Assembly (NCBI GenBank): GCA_963719035.1 | Contig: CAVRAO010000012.1 | Span: 224,001 to 288,000, forward strand | DNA from: Methanobacteriota archaeon | GTDB taxonomy: Archaea; Halobacteriota; Bog-38; Methanoflorentales; Methanoflorentaceae | Length of the DNA: 64,000 nucleotides | Direction: 5' to 3' | In this document: positions 43,738-54,423 of the stretch, piece by piece | How positions within the stretch are numbered: the first letter of the stretch is position 1 | Layout of the letters: each line of letters begins with the position of its first letter | Program-made: the position numbers and the translations under genes | The notes under the pieces: generated by a model | What the model was told of the DNA's origin: nothing | What the model saw: the letters and a program-made list of their open reading frames with translations, nothing else | Databases searched by the model: none

Positions 43738-44571
43738 TTATGCTTCCGGAGGGCCTTGCTCAAGCAGCTGCTGAATCCGATCTTCGGCGGTGATCCCTTG
43801 GTTCCACAGCCCCTCAAAGGTGGACGTGAGATATTGAGCATAGATAGGATCATCGGTCCACAGCGCAGCAACTGGCTGGCTAAGTGAAAAACGAGTAATC
43901 TCGGCGTTAATCGCACTCATCGCGATTTTTCGGTCAAACACAACGAACAAGATCCCTAGCTGATCGACATGGCGCACCTCTTCACCAATGGATAACATTT
44001 CTCGCACTGGCTCAATGACTTGATACGAAATGTCGACTATGACTCGCACCTTTCCTCCACGCTTGATAAACTCACTGGCTGCGTCATTGATCCCGAAAAG
44101 CGAGGCAAGAATTGTCGCCGTACCAGGGACAACCAGAAGCCACTCCTCTTGCATCGAGTTAACGAGGGGAATGACGGCGGCGATAACTTCCTTGACACTT
44201 TTTACAATCTTAAATGTGGTAACCTCGTCGGACGGCCGAAACCGCTGCTGCTTTGAAAGCTCCTGCAGCTCCCGCTTTCGCACCTCCATCTCGCGTAGCT
44301 CGCTCTCCTGCTTCTTGAGCGCTGATTCAAGCGCGGCGTCGAGGTCGACCGCGGCGTACGTCGTCGGCGAATCGAGCGATGGACGTACCATACCCTTGTC
44401 GATGAGGCTCGTGAGGGTGCGGTGCACGTCTTCGCGATAGGTGTGCAGCGATTTGGCGAGCGGCGACGGCGTCTTGGGGCCGTACTTAAGCAGGTGAAGA
44501 TAGGTCTGTGCCTCTTTTTCGCTGAGCCCGAAACCAATCAAGCGGGTTGTAAATTCGTCATCAGTGGTCAT
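43738..44571 (-). CDS. TrmB-family transcriptional regulator
   Basis: FGLSEKEAQTYLHLL wHTH, coiled coil, C-terminal sensor domain ending LWTDDP..A...FEGLW. Confidence 0.9.
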   Translation of the reverse strand: MTTDDEFTTRLIGFGLSEKEAQTYLHLLKYGPKTPSPLAKSLHTYREDVHRTLTSLIDKGMVRPSLDSPTTYAAVDLDAALESALKKQESELREMEVRKRELQELSKQQRFRPSDEVTTFKIVKSVKEVIAAVIPLVNSMQEEWLLVVPGTATILASLFGINDAASEFIKRGGKVRVIVDISYQVIEPVREMLSIGEEVRHVDQLGILFVVFDRKIAMSAINAEITRFSLSQPVAALWTDDPIYAQYLTSTFEGLWNQGITAEDRIQQLLEQGPPEA

Positions 44572-44860
44572 CAGTTATCACAATGTACATTGTATTAAGC
44601 AATAGGTGTAGGTGCGCTTTAACAACAATAGAGGAGCTAAACACCGTTTTTTGAGCGTTACAGCGCCACAATTCAATGCCTTAATAGCATCGAACTTAGT
44701 TGCCAAGTTCCTCACCTTTTGACCTGTTCTCGAAACCAAGATGGTTCCACCTTGCTCCAGCATGTTCAAACTTACTACTTTTAAAGTGATTACCTTAAAC
44801 CTTGTGATGCCTGATTTTGACAATATTGACTTATTCTATCCTAATAAATTCGCTTGTAGA
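44572..44860. repeat. Duplicated ~290-bp upstream region (copy of 46610-46899)
   Basis: Near-identical sequence by eye, including the last codons of the MFS gene. Confidence 0.92.
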
Positions 44861-45161
44861 ATTATGGGGGCCATTTCGGCTCTCTATTAGCTCTTCGGGC
44901 GGCACTGTGTGAACGTAGGCTACAACGAGCTTGTAGAAGGGTTATTCCTTATCGCCTTTTAGGGTCTGCGGATGTGCTACCTTGCACAAAGGCAGCTTTG
45001 TGTTGACAGTGATAACCCAATTGCGAGAACGTGCTGAAAGTGAAAGATAGATAAGAACAAGTGGGGAAGGGAATGAAGAGTTACCCTCGCAAGAACCCGG
45101 TAGCACCTGCGTAACAATTCGGGTTCAAAAGAGCCTCACATCACCCCAAAATCTTCTATGC

Positions 45162-45652
45162 CTACTGGGGGCCCTGCTCTAAGAGCTCTTCTATGCGCTT
45201 GGTTGCATCGACTGCTTCTTTCCACTCGGATTCGAAGGTGGTGGTAAGGTATTCGGCATAGGACGGGTCATCGGCCCAGAACCCTACTACGCGCTCATCA
45301 AGCGAGAGGTTCCCGAGATCGACTATCTGTTGAGGTATCGAACTGATGCTCTCTCTCCTGTCTACGACCAGCATGAACTCTCCTCGATAAAATCGATGTG
45401 GCGCACGTCTTCACCGATGTCCAACAATTCGCGCACGACACGAACGTCGGTTGCTGAAATCTGAGTGATCCCCCGTACTCGTCCGCCTTTTTCTATGAAC
45501 ATCTTCGATTTGTCAGTTAAGCCGAATTGACCGGCAAAGACCAACATCTGAGGTGGTAGAAGCCACATAATTTCGTTCTGTGCAGATTCCACGAGCGTTG
45601 AACCAGCAGCTATAACATCCTTAACGTTTTCAAGGAGTGTCTTATGGACCAT
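45162..45652 (-). pseudogene. TrmB sensor-domain-only protein (no HTH), frameshifted
   Basis: FIEKGGRVRGI...GEDVRH...FWADDPSYAEYL..TFESEW, homologous to the neighbours' C-termini. Confidence 0.75.
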
Positions 45653-45772
45653 CGCTAAAAAAAAGGACCTTGAGCTTTATAAAGACGCGTGACATCGTTT
45701 ACTACACGTTTGCAGATGATACACTTTGATTGCAGCGGCGGCAAGCTTTTCGTTATCCCCGCGCACCGCCCG

Positions 45773-46609
45773 TCAAGCCTGCGGCGGACCTTGTTTTTGC
45801 AGCTCTTCAATTCGCTGTGCAGCAGGAACTGACTGTTGCCACAGCAAGTCAAATGTGGCTGCAAGGTATTGCGCGTACGTGGGGTCATCGGTATAAAGCA
45901 TTGCAATCGGTTCAGAAAGTGATAGATGTTTGATGTCTAAGTTAATCCCGTGGAGGCAGATCTTTCTATCCAATGCCGCGAAATACATCCCTCGATAACC
46001 ACTGAGGTGGCGTACCTCCTCACCAACGTCTAACGCTTCTTTAATGAATTCAATTCCGGAGTAAGGCACATCAGTTATCATTCTAAAGCTCGCTCCACGC
46101 CCGATAATCTTTTTGACGTCCTCTAGTATACCAAACAGCGAAGCGATAGCGATCACTTCTAACGGCGTTACTAAAATGACCTCATCTTGGCACGCTGCTG
46201 CGGCGGGGACCGCGATACTCACGAGTTCCTTCACACTTTTGATGATTTTGAACGTCGAAACTTCGTCAGAGGGACGGAATCGCTGTTGTTTCGAGAGCTC
46301 GTGAAGCTCCCGCTTACGAGCCTCCATCTCACGCAGTTCGCTCTCGTGTTTTTTTACTGCAGAGTCAAGCGCGGCGTCGAGGTCGACTGCGGCGTAGATT
46401 GTCGGTGAGTCGAGCGAGGGGCGCACCATCCCCTTTTCAATCAAACTAGCGAGCGTGCGGTGCACGTCCTCACGATAGGTCTTTAGTGACTTTGCTAGGG
46501 GGGAGGGGGTCTTGGGGCCGTACTTAAGCAGGTGAAGATAGGTCTGTGCCTCTTTTTCGCTGAGCCCGAAGCCAATTAAGCGCTGGGTGAATTCGTCGTC
46601 AGTGGTCAT
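45773..46609 (-). CDS. TrmB-family transcriptional regulator (paralog)
   Basis: N-terminal ~125 aa nearly identical to 43738-44571; C-terminal domain diverged. Confidence 0.9.
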   Translation of the reverse strand: MTTDDEFTQRLIGFGLSEKEAQTYLHLLKYGPKTPSPLAKSLKTYREDVHRTLASLIEKGMVRPSLDSPTIYAAVDLDAALDSAVKKHESELREMEARKRELHELSKQQRFRPSDEVSTFKIIKSVKELVSIAVPAAAACQDEVILVTPLEVIAIASLFGILEDVKKIIGRGASFRMITDVPYSGIEFIKEALDVGEEVRHLSGYRGMYFAALDRKICLHGINLDIKHLSLSEPIAMLYTDDPTYAQYLAATFDLLWQQSVPAAQRIEELQKQGPPQA

Positions 46610-46899
46610 CAGTCATCACAATGTACGTGGACTAAGCAATAGGTATAGGTGAGCTTTGACAACCATAGAGGGGTTAAACACGGTTTTTTGAGCGTTAAAG
46701 CGCCACAATTCGATGTCTCAGTAGCATCGAACTTAGTTGCCAAGTTCCTCACCTTTTGACCTGTTCTCGAAACCAAAATGGTTTCACCTTGCTCTAGCAT
46801 GTTCAAACTTACTACTTCTAAGGTGATTGCCTTAAACCTTGTGATGCCTGATTTTGGCAATATTGACTTATTCTATCCTAATACATTCGCTTGTAGAAT
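46610..46899. repeat. Second copy of the ~290-bp TrmB upstream region
   Basis: Matches 44572-44860. Confidence 0.92.
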
Positions 46900-48125
46900 A
46901 GCCAGAATATCACTCCTGAGAGCACGATAAAAACTGACGCCACGTATATCGGTGCTGTTGCGACGATCTGTGCAGCAAGATAGCCCGCTATTATTGGCGG
47001 AATTGATTGCGCCAATGCTGCGACGCTCGCGTTGATTCCCAATATCTCGCCTTGCCTCGATTGCTCCGCCGATCTGCTGATAATCGTCGGGAGGAAGGCT
47101 TGTGAAAGTCCGTTTGGTATCCCAAAAAAGGGGACGACAAAAAGCAGTTGCCACCACACCGTGGGCAGGAAAAACGCAAGGATAAGCACCCCTGTGGCGA
47201 TAAGGGTGACGCGGAGTATTTTATAATCAGCAAATTTTGTGAGTTTACGCAGGAGCAACCCTTGTGAGATCACGATCCAGAGGCCGACGTACGCCAGAAA
47301 ATCTCCAATGTTGCCTGAGGTGAAGTTGAATTTGTTAATGAAGTAGACACCAATGAACGTCGTGTAAAACGTGAACCCTCCTTGGAAAAGAAAGGCGGTC
47401 GTAAAGAGCGTCCGAAAGCCTCTGTACGTATAGGCGTGTACGACGTCGGTCAGGGACTGAGCCCACCGTATTTTGACCTCTTTTTGTACACGCACGAGGG
47501 TTTCTGGAAGCAACGTGATGATAAGCACGATATTCACCGCGCTCAGCAGTGCGGCAAACCAGAAGGGCGTGGCTGCGTTGAACCAACTTACGATGGACGG
47601 GTCAGACAGCTTTCCACCGATATAAGGGCCGATAATGAATCCAAGCCCGAACGCCGCTCCAATAAGCCCGAAGTTTTTCGCTCTTTCTTTCGGTGGCGTA
47701 ATATCAGTGACGACCGCCTGTGCGACCGGTATGTTGCCACCCGTCACGCCGTCGAAAGCTCGAGCGAGGAAGAGAAGGGGTATGTTTTTGGTGATGATGC
47801 CGATTGCGAAGAGGATGTATGATATGCAGGTGCCAGCGAGGGAGACACCGAGCACTTTTCTTCTCCCATATTTATCCGAGAGTTGGCCTAAGATTGGAGC
47901 AGCAAGAAACTGACAAAGAGGGTAGATTGCCACGAGCCACCCGAGGAGAATGTAACCCTGTTGCACGGTGTAGCCAGCCGGAAGAATGTAGTAAGGGGAG
48001 CGGGGACCGGCGAGCAATATGGGGATGATGGGAATGAGAATGCCGAGGCCCACTAAATCGAGGAATACAATGGAGAGGATGACGAGAAGCGGTTTTCCTT
48101 TCAGAACCGGAGGCTTTTCTTCCAT
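46878..48125 (-). CDS. MFS efflux transporter (TetA-like DHA1)
   Basis: LGQLSDKYGRRKVL, ARAFDGVTGG, GAAFGLGFIIGPYIGG; about 12 TM. Confidence 0.92.
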   Translation of the reverse strand: MEEKPPVLKGKPLLVILSIVFLDLVGLGILIPIIPILLAGPRSPYYILPAGYTVQQGYILLGWLVAIYPLCQFLAAPILGQLSDKYGRRKVLGVSLAGTCISYILFAIGIITKNIPLLFLARAFDGVTGGNIPVAQAVVTDITPPKERAKNFGLIGAAFGLGFIIGPYIGGKLSDPSIVSWFNAATPFWFAALLSAVNIVLIITLLPETLVRVQKEVKIRWAQSLTDVVHAYTYRGFRTLFTTAFLFQGGFTFYTTFIGVYFINKFNFTSGNIGDFLAYVGLWIVISQGLLLRKLTKFADYKILRVTLIATGVLILAFFLPTVWWQLLFVVPFFGIPNGLSQAFLPTIISRSAEQSRQGEILGINASVAALAQSIPPIIAGYLAAQIVATAPIYVASVFIVLSGVIFWLFYKRMY

Positions 48126-48337
48126 CGCTGGTATAACTCCTCGTCAAACGGGTGAAACCACACAGCATTGATAAGCGATATAAATGTTGCGTTCGCGTGC
48201 TTTGGCTATTCACGCGTTCTGAAATTAGGAAAAAATGCCGGGAAACTCGCGGGCTTGGAATAGCTGAGGCGCAACAGATATCAGCATTCAAAAGTCAAAA
48301 GAGGGTAATCATTCAGACTGAAGACGGGCACTCATCA

Positions 48338-49791
48338 ATGACGAACGGGCAAACGTCGCGGAAGCTTAACCTCTTTGACGTGACGAATCTGGTCATTGGC
48401 GGCACCCTAGGCGCGGACATATACATCGTTGCCTCGTTGAACAGCGCTTATCTTGGGCCTGCTAGTTTGCTCGTGTGGCTTGTTGGGGGTACAATCGCCA
48501 TAATCCTAGCGTTAAACTTCGCAGAAGCTGCCGCGCTCGTGCCTCGAGTAGGGAGATCGTTTGCCTACGTACGTGAAGCGTGGGGAGATTTTTCTGGTTT
48601 TATGGTGGGCTGCCCTCTGGATTGCCTAGATTGCTGCACTCGCCGTCACGCCCGGCACGTTCGTCCGCTATTTAGCCAATTTTGTCCCTTCGCTGAGTTT
48701 TGCTCAGGGTGTGATCATCAAGATCCTCTTTGTTGTCATTATCGCCTACATGAACGTGCGCGGCGCTAAGGAGGCGGGGCGCGCCAATGACGTCCTTACC
48801 ATGGCAAAATTGAGTCCGCTCCTCCTGCTGATCGTCGCTGGATTCGTCTATCTGACGTTAAATCCAGGAACCGCCGCTTCGAACCTTTTACCGTTTGCCC
48901 CGCTCGGCTTCGGCAATTTCGGGCAGGCGCTGATTCTCGTCGTGTGGGCGTACGCCGGTTTTGAGCTAGCCGTCATCCCATCCGGCGAAGTTGAAAACCC
49001 GACAAAGACCGTCCCAAAGGTGATGATAATCGGCATGGCTATTGTGATATTCTTCTACGTCCTCACGAACTTCGTCGTGCTCGCGACGGTGAACTGGACG
49101 GTGCTGCAAACTGATATCACTCCGCTTGCGACAGCGGGGAGCGTCGTCCTATCGTACACGCCGACGCTTGCACTCATTGGCGGTGCCGTGCTCGGAATCG
49201 GAGCACTTATTTCGATTTCTGGGTTTGATGAATCCGGCACACTGTCGACCTCACGATTATCCTATGCAATCTCGCTTGAAGGCTTATTCCCGAAGTTCCT
49301 CAGTCGTCTCCACCCTCGGTTCGGCACCCCCTATTACGCAATCATCGCACAGTCTGTCATCGCGCTCATCGCGTCGTTGGTCGGCGGTCATCACCCAACT
49401 CATCGTGTTCTCAACGTTCAATCTCGCGTTCGTCTATCTTGCCACGAGTGCGGCGGTTCTCACGTTGCGGGAGCGAAAGAAGCAAGTGGCAAGTGAACGC
49501 ACGTACCTTGAGCGGTTTACTGGCCCGGTCATTCCTATTGCGGGCATCATCTTAAGCACGTTTCTCATTTACGAGTGTGGGATTACCGCCGTGGCACTCG
49601 GCGTTGCGTCGATTCTGATAGGTATACCAATCTATGTCCTTTACGCGCCGCGTACCGAGATGGTGACGCTCAAGAAAGATTTCTATTCCACTGAAGCGAT
49701 CCTTGCGCGCAGCGCGCGGACCGAGAAGGTGTTTTTGGGTTACGTGGTGCGGTTGATACGGAAGGCGTTAGCACGTCGATCGAAAACGTAA
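48338..49791 (+). CDS. APC-family amino acid permease with two frameshifts
   Basis: IGGTLGADIY, AYVREAWG, WAYAGFE, SRLSYAI...LHPRFGTP over three ORFs. Confidence 0.85.
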
Positions 49792-50318
49792 AGGATCCGG
49801 CGGTGGCCAAAAGAGAGAGCCTCGGTGGTTAATCAGTATTACGCGCCTTCTTTCTTCTATCCCCCCTCCAAGTCGTAAGAAAAAAGTGAATATCCTATGC
49901 GTGCCCGTGTGGCAATCTGCGAACGTGTATTTACCTACTCCCAACGATGGCAGAAGAACGGGCATGTCGTGCTCCTTAAGCTCACAAAGAGCCTAAGCCG
50001 GTGCTGTGATTTGCACCATTTATAATAGGAATAACTGACTGCTTTTTCTGTCAACACACCACGGATACTCGCTGCTAGAACAAGTTGGGCAGACGCCGGC
50101 TTGGTCGCTTCAAAATTTGGAAAGTTCGTCCTTGTGCTGCATCTGAACACCCGTGGTGCCGTGCAGATGGACAAACCGATCAATTCCTTGATTGCGCTTG
50201 CGTTTACCTTATGAGCCGTTCGACCTTCGACAAATGGAATTAAAAATGGGGTCTAATTGATAAAAGAAGGAAATATTGGCCTTATTTGACAACGAAATCT
50301 TGATTTATTATTAAACAT

Positions 50319-51333
50319 ATGTGGCTTATTAGAGGTATGGATATGGTCGATCAGACTTTAAAGGCTGAACAGCAACGCAAAGCTGCGGAAGCACTGCACA
50401 GGCTCCGAAGCCAGGCAAGTACTCCATTGGGACCGAACGTTACAATCAAACCCTCTGGGTCGGTTGGAAGGATACCTTTAGAAATGGGTGAACTTGCGGC
50501 CGAACATTACCGTTCTGCTGAGGGCTACGATCCAAACTTCCTCGGCGCTGAACACCAGCTTGAACTTCCTAAACTGGCACCTGACCTCCAGCCCAAGGTG
50601 GCACAGCTCAAGAACGGAGGCGAAGTTCTCACTTACCATCACTTCTCGATTGTCATGAATGCCGAACGGCGACTCGCGTTTCATACCGCCGTAAATGTCG
50701 ATGGTCGGCAATTGGAGCACGTAGAGCGTGATCGTGATAAGTGGTACTTCGATCTGCGTCTTGATGAACGGCTCCAGGCGGGGCCAGACCTATACTCCAA
50801 CAATCCACTTGACTGTGGTCATCTGGTCCGTAGGCTCGATCCCTGTTGGGGATCAATAGCAGTTGCTGCGGGCGAAGACACCTTCCACTTTACGAACTGC
50901 TCACCCCAGCATTCTAAGCTCAATCAGCGTGATTGGCTTGAGATTGAAAGTTACGTCCTCAATACCGCAGACAACGCAGATGTACGTATCTCGGTGTTCA
51001 CAGGTCCCGTCTTCCGCGACGATGACATGCTCTATCGCGATGAATACCTGTTGCCTGCAGATTTTTGGAAGGTAGTAGCGTTCATCAATAAGAATGGCCA
51101 GCTTCGAGCTACTGCCTATGTGCGAACCCAGAAGAACTACCTTGAAAGTCTCAAGTTCTTCGATGACGAGTACCAAGACATGGCAGGTGCCAGTAGCACA
51201 GGTCGAAGCGCTCACAGGCCTATCTTTCGGGATACCGCAGGACGCTGACCCATTGACAAGGGTGGGGGTTAGCCGAGAAAGTCACAGACGCAATATCCGA
51301 CAAATTAGATCCGCGCACGATATCCTGTTGTGA
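50319..51333 (+). CDS. DNA/RNA non-specific endonuclease (NucA/EndoG His-Me finger), frameshifted near the C-terminus
   Basis: GYDPNFLG, YHHFSIVMN, LDCGHLVRRLDP (DRGH motif with R changed to C), TFHFTNCSPQH..LN, WLEIE, TGPVF, FWKV; tail WQVPVAQVEALTGLSF in the next frame. Confidence 0.88.
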
Positions 51334-51518
51334 CCATGATCGAGTCCTCTTCAAACCTTAGCGGCTGCGTCTAATATAATACTCCATCGTGCACCGTGGC
51401 AGATACGCGTTGGTAGCCTTGCAAGCAATGAGGTCGTGTGGGGCAACCTAATAGTCGGATAGCTGTAACCTGTTTTTGTAGGAAGGAGCTAGTATTTTTC
51501 TGCTGTGAATCTCCAGGA

Positions 51519-52349
51519 TTATAAGATAGACATATCTCTCTGTGTAGGTTCGCTCTCTAGCTGAGGCACTTGGGTATACTTATCTTTCTTCAAATCGGCT
51601 ATTACCTTCGTCAACAGCTCTTTTCGGGAGAGCTTGTTCTGGGTCGCATTCATCGCTTTGACCAAATAATAGGTAAAGGCCCCATGCCATGTTCCATCAA
51701 TTTTTGCATCAGCGCTGGTCTGATCTGCCCTGCAACCGGCCCACAATATCTGATCAGTTACTCCGGATTCTAGCATTGCGCGATAGAATCCACGTGGACG
51801 CTTTCCATCGACTTTTTCGAAGGCAGCCAGCGATGGGGGAGGTAGATAACGTGGCTTACGATCCAATAGGAGATCAATTGCCTTTAGACCCGTCCCGCTA
51901 TGACAGGTATCGAGGAAAACCTCTAACGATACATTGCTGGGAAGCTGAACGAACAGGTCGTGCAGCTCATCATCTACAATTATATGTGCATGGTCCCACT
52001 CGCCGTCCTTTTCGGCTAGATCATTCGGGCAGAATGCCTCATCCGCTCTGTCAGGTTCATCTCCTTCTTTATCAGGTACCTGAGTGCCGTGACTCGACAT
52101 GCTAAGGACAAGAGATGCATATGTGCCTGCTTTTGCGCCAGCAACCATATCATTAAGATTTTTCATGATATTTGCCTTTGTGGCTTGACTGTCGGTCAAC
52201 TCAACGACATCCGCAGCGGTGTATCCCAGATACTTTGTCAGCGCTGATTTCATATCTTGAACATCATTCACACATCCCTGTAACGCGGCCGAGGGATAGT
52301 TCTGGTATTGATTTATTCCAACACAAAGCGCTCGTCTACCGTTTGGCAT
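51519..52349 (-). CDS. Caspase-like (C14, ortho/metacaspase) cysteine protease
   Basis: RALCVGINQY, LQGCVND, SSHGTQ (His), DTCHSG (Cys), GCRADQTSAD, GAFTYYL, QVPQL. Confidence 0.93.
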   Translation of the reverse strand: MPNGRRALCVGINQYQNYPSAALQGCVNDVQDMKSALTKYLGYTAADVVELTDSQATKANIMKNLNDMVAGAKAGTYASLVLSMSSHGTQVPDKEGDEPDRADEAFCPNDLAEKDGEWDHAHIIVDDELHDLFVQLPSNVSLEVFLDTCHSGTGLKAIDLLLDRKPRYLPPPSLAAFEKVDGKRPRGFYRAMLESGVTDQILWAGCRADQTSADAKIDGTWHGAFTYYLVKAMNATQNKLSRKELLTKVIADLKKDKYTQVPQLESEPTQRDMSIL

Positions 52350-52398
52350 AGTTAACCTCCTGACTTGATTTTTTTTAAAAAGATCCTTTCAAGTTCCT

Positions 52399-53302
52399 TT
52401 ATTCCTTGAAATCGCCCAAGTTAATCCATTCTGCGTGAACAAGGGACCACCAATCGACGGCAAGCCCTTTTAAAACGTACTCATACGGAAGCCAGCCGTA
52501 CCCACCGTCGCCCCATTTGTCGCCCCAAGAGTTCCTGATTAGCAGCGCACCGGTCGTCTCCGTGTTGCAGGCGTTGTTGATCTTCATACCGTCATCATAG
52601 CCCACCGCGACGATGGCGTGGCCCCCCACCACCTGTTCTCTGGGACACGGCATGGGGATCTTTCCGTCGGCTTGTGCTTGTTTGATAGAGCTGTATACGG
52701 TAAAGCCGAACATCGCAGGGAGCTGTGTCGCTAAGGTCGTCTTGATACTTTCGAGCAGGACGTCCGCCGGCGTCGCAGGGGGGTCGAGACGGTAGTACCT
52801 TGATCGCATTATATTGCTGGCCAAAGGCGTAGAGGAAGGCAGGGGGTTCTACATCGAAATCAGGATCGTTATCCGTGTAGGGCCAGTACTCTTCGGGCGG
52901 AACGCCGAATAGGACGAGCGCTTTCATCGTTTCTCGCAGGTATCCACCGGTGTCCCCGGTCTCTTTCATAAGGTTTCTCGTCGCCTTGTAGAGAAAGAGA
53001 CGCGATGCGTCGATAAAAATGCCGTTCGCCTTGTTCTGGAAGTACTCAACGAGCCCAACGCCCGCATTGGCGGTGCACGAACCGAGCTGTCGTTGATTTT
53101 CAACGGGAGAGCACCATTGCCGCAAGTCGACCGTGGAAGGCAGAGCGGCTTTGGTCGATCTGAGTGCCCCGCCTTGCTTCAGGGTCTTATTGACTTCTGA
53201 CGTCTCGGGCGTATAATCGCGGAAATCGGGCAAGTCGCGACGCCATCCAAGACCATTGCCATCTATTGTGTTAGACAACATACTATTTTCCTCTTTTTTC
53301 AC
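52399..53302 (-). CDS. Papain-like C1A cysteine protease with one frameshift near 52810
   Basis: VDLRQWCSPVENQRQLGSCTANA, SRLFLY, GGHAIVAVGYDD, IRNSWGDKWGDGGYG; no signal peptide. Confidence 0.92.
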
Positions 53303-54008
53303 TTAAGTTCGGGTGTGTTTCAAACCAATGCTTCAATTTCGTGAGTCAGCCGTTTAACGCTGCAGATGACGGGCATGCGTAGCTGCTCAATCGAATTTCG
53401 TGAGCTGTTGTTGAGGTAGCTGAATGTGACTCTTTACCAAAGAGTCTATCAGAAAAACGCATACCAGGTTCAAAGGTGGCTTTGCTGCATTGAAGCATGA
53501 TTAATTTTATATTAGTACGATTTCGTAAGAATAACTATATCTAAATTACGTAAAGTTTAAATATTACATTGTTATTTAGATGCAATATTATAGTAACGTG
53601 GCAAAGCTGTATTACTTTGACAACTCGGGATGAACAAACGGATACATCTAGCTATATCGTATTTCCGCACACATTCTTGCAATCCTTGCTTCAAACATCT
53701 TATTTTGCGGTCTGAACAAAACTCGGGACATTAGGATAGAAGGATGGGACATGCTGTGCACATCTGCCCTTCTGTCGGCTATTGTGTCCCTCTGTTTAGC
53801 GGCGCATTTTCAGCAGATGACCCCTAGATCCTGCCGTCTTTAACAGAAGGTAGTGGCTGTTATATCCACTTTCAAAAGCGCGTCAAAACGCTGAATAAAC
53901 AAAATAAGGCAATATTGACGAGCTTTAGCAACACAAGATTTATCGCTGACGGCCGTGATACTTTATCACTTTACGAGAATTGTATGTGTAATTAAGTGAG
54001 GCAAGAGC

Positions 54009-54251
54009 ATGAATCAAGAACAGAAAGTCTTGTTAGTCTTTGGGCCGCCGCAATCTGGAACAAAATCTCTGGATCATCAATTTGACAACATTGAAGTCGC
54101 GCTCGAGGACTTCGCGAGCTACTTTAAAGGATTCAAGATCAAGACGATCGAATTGTCTGTTTCTGGGGCGGTTGAGTCAGGCGGATTTCTGAGGCTTTTT
54201 GTCAGTGGAAAGGCTGAAGCTGCGGCTACCGTCGTCCTGGAACCGATATAA
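54009..54251 (+). CDS. Small protein resembling peptidase co-occurring (Trypco/Pepco-like) domains
   Basis: Helix followed by GFKIKTIELSVSGAVESGGFLRLFVSGKAEAAATVVLEP, a long beta-hairpin pattern; divergent from the protease genes. Confidence 0.5.
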   Translation: MNQEQKVLLVFGPPQSGTKSLDHQFDNIEVALEDFASYFKGFKIKTIELSVSGAVESGGFLRLFVSGKAEAAATVVLEPI

Positions 54252-54423
54252 ACTGGTTATTCACTGAAGAATGCAAGCGAATACCACTTAAAAAGTGTCG
54301 CTAAAGTGAATGGAAGGTCATTGAGTCGCTGTTATCGGAATTCGCACGAGATAAAGCAACTTTTATCCCAAATAGACGTAAAGTAATTCGTTTAAAAAAC
54401 AGGCACCATAAAACGGTTGCATT

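Noticed and set aside
44578-44823. Duplicated 81-83 aa ORFs upstream of the TrmB genes as real proteins
   Set aside because: Many differences between the copies are non-synonymous, the starts are TTG, and there is no recognisable fold; more likely duplicated promoter DNA
43738-46609. TrmB array as an invertase-driven shufflon
   Set aside because: All copies are in the same orientation, with no recombinase or inverted crossover sites visible
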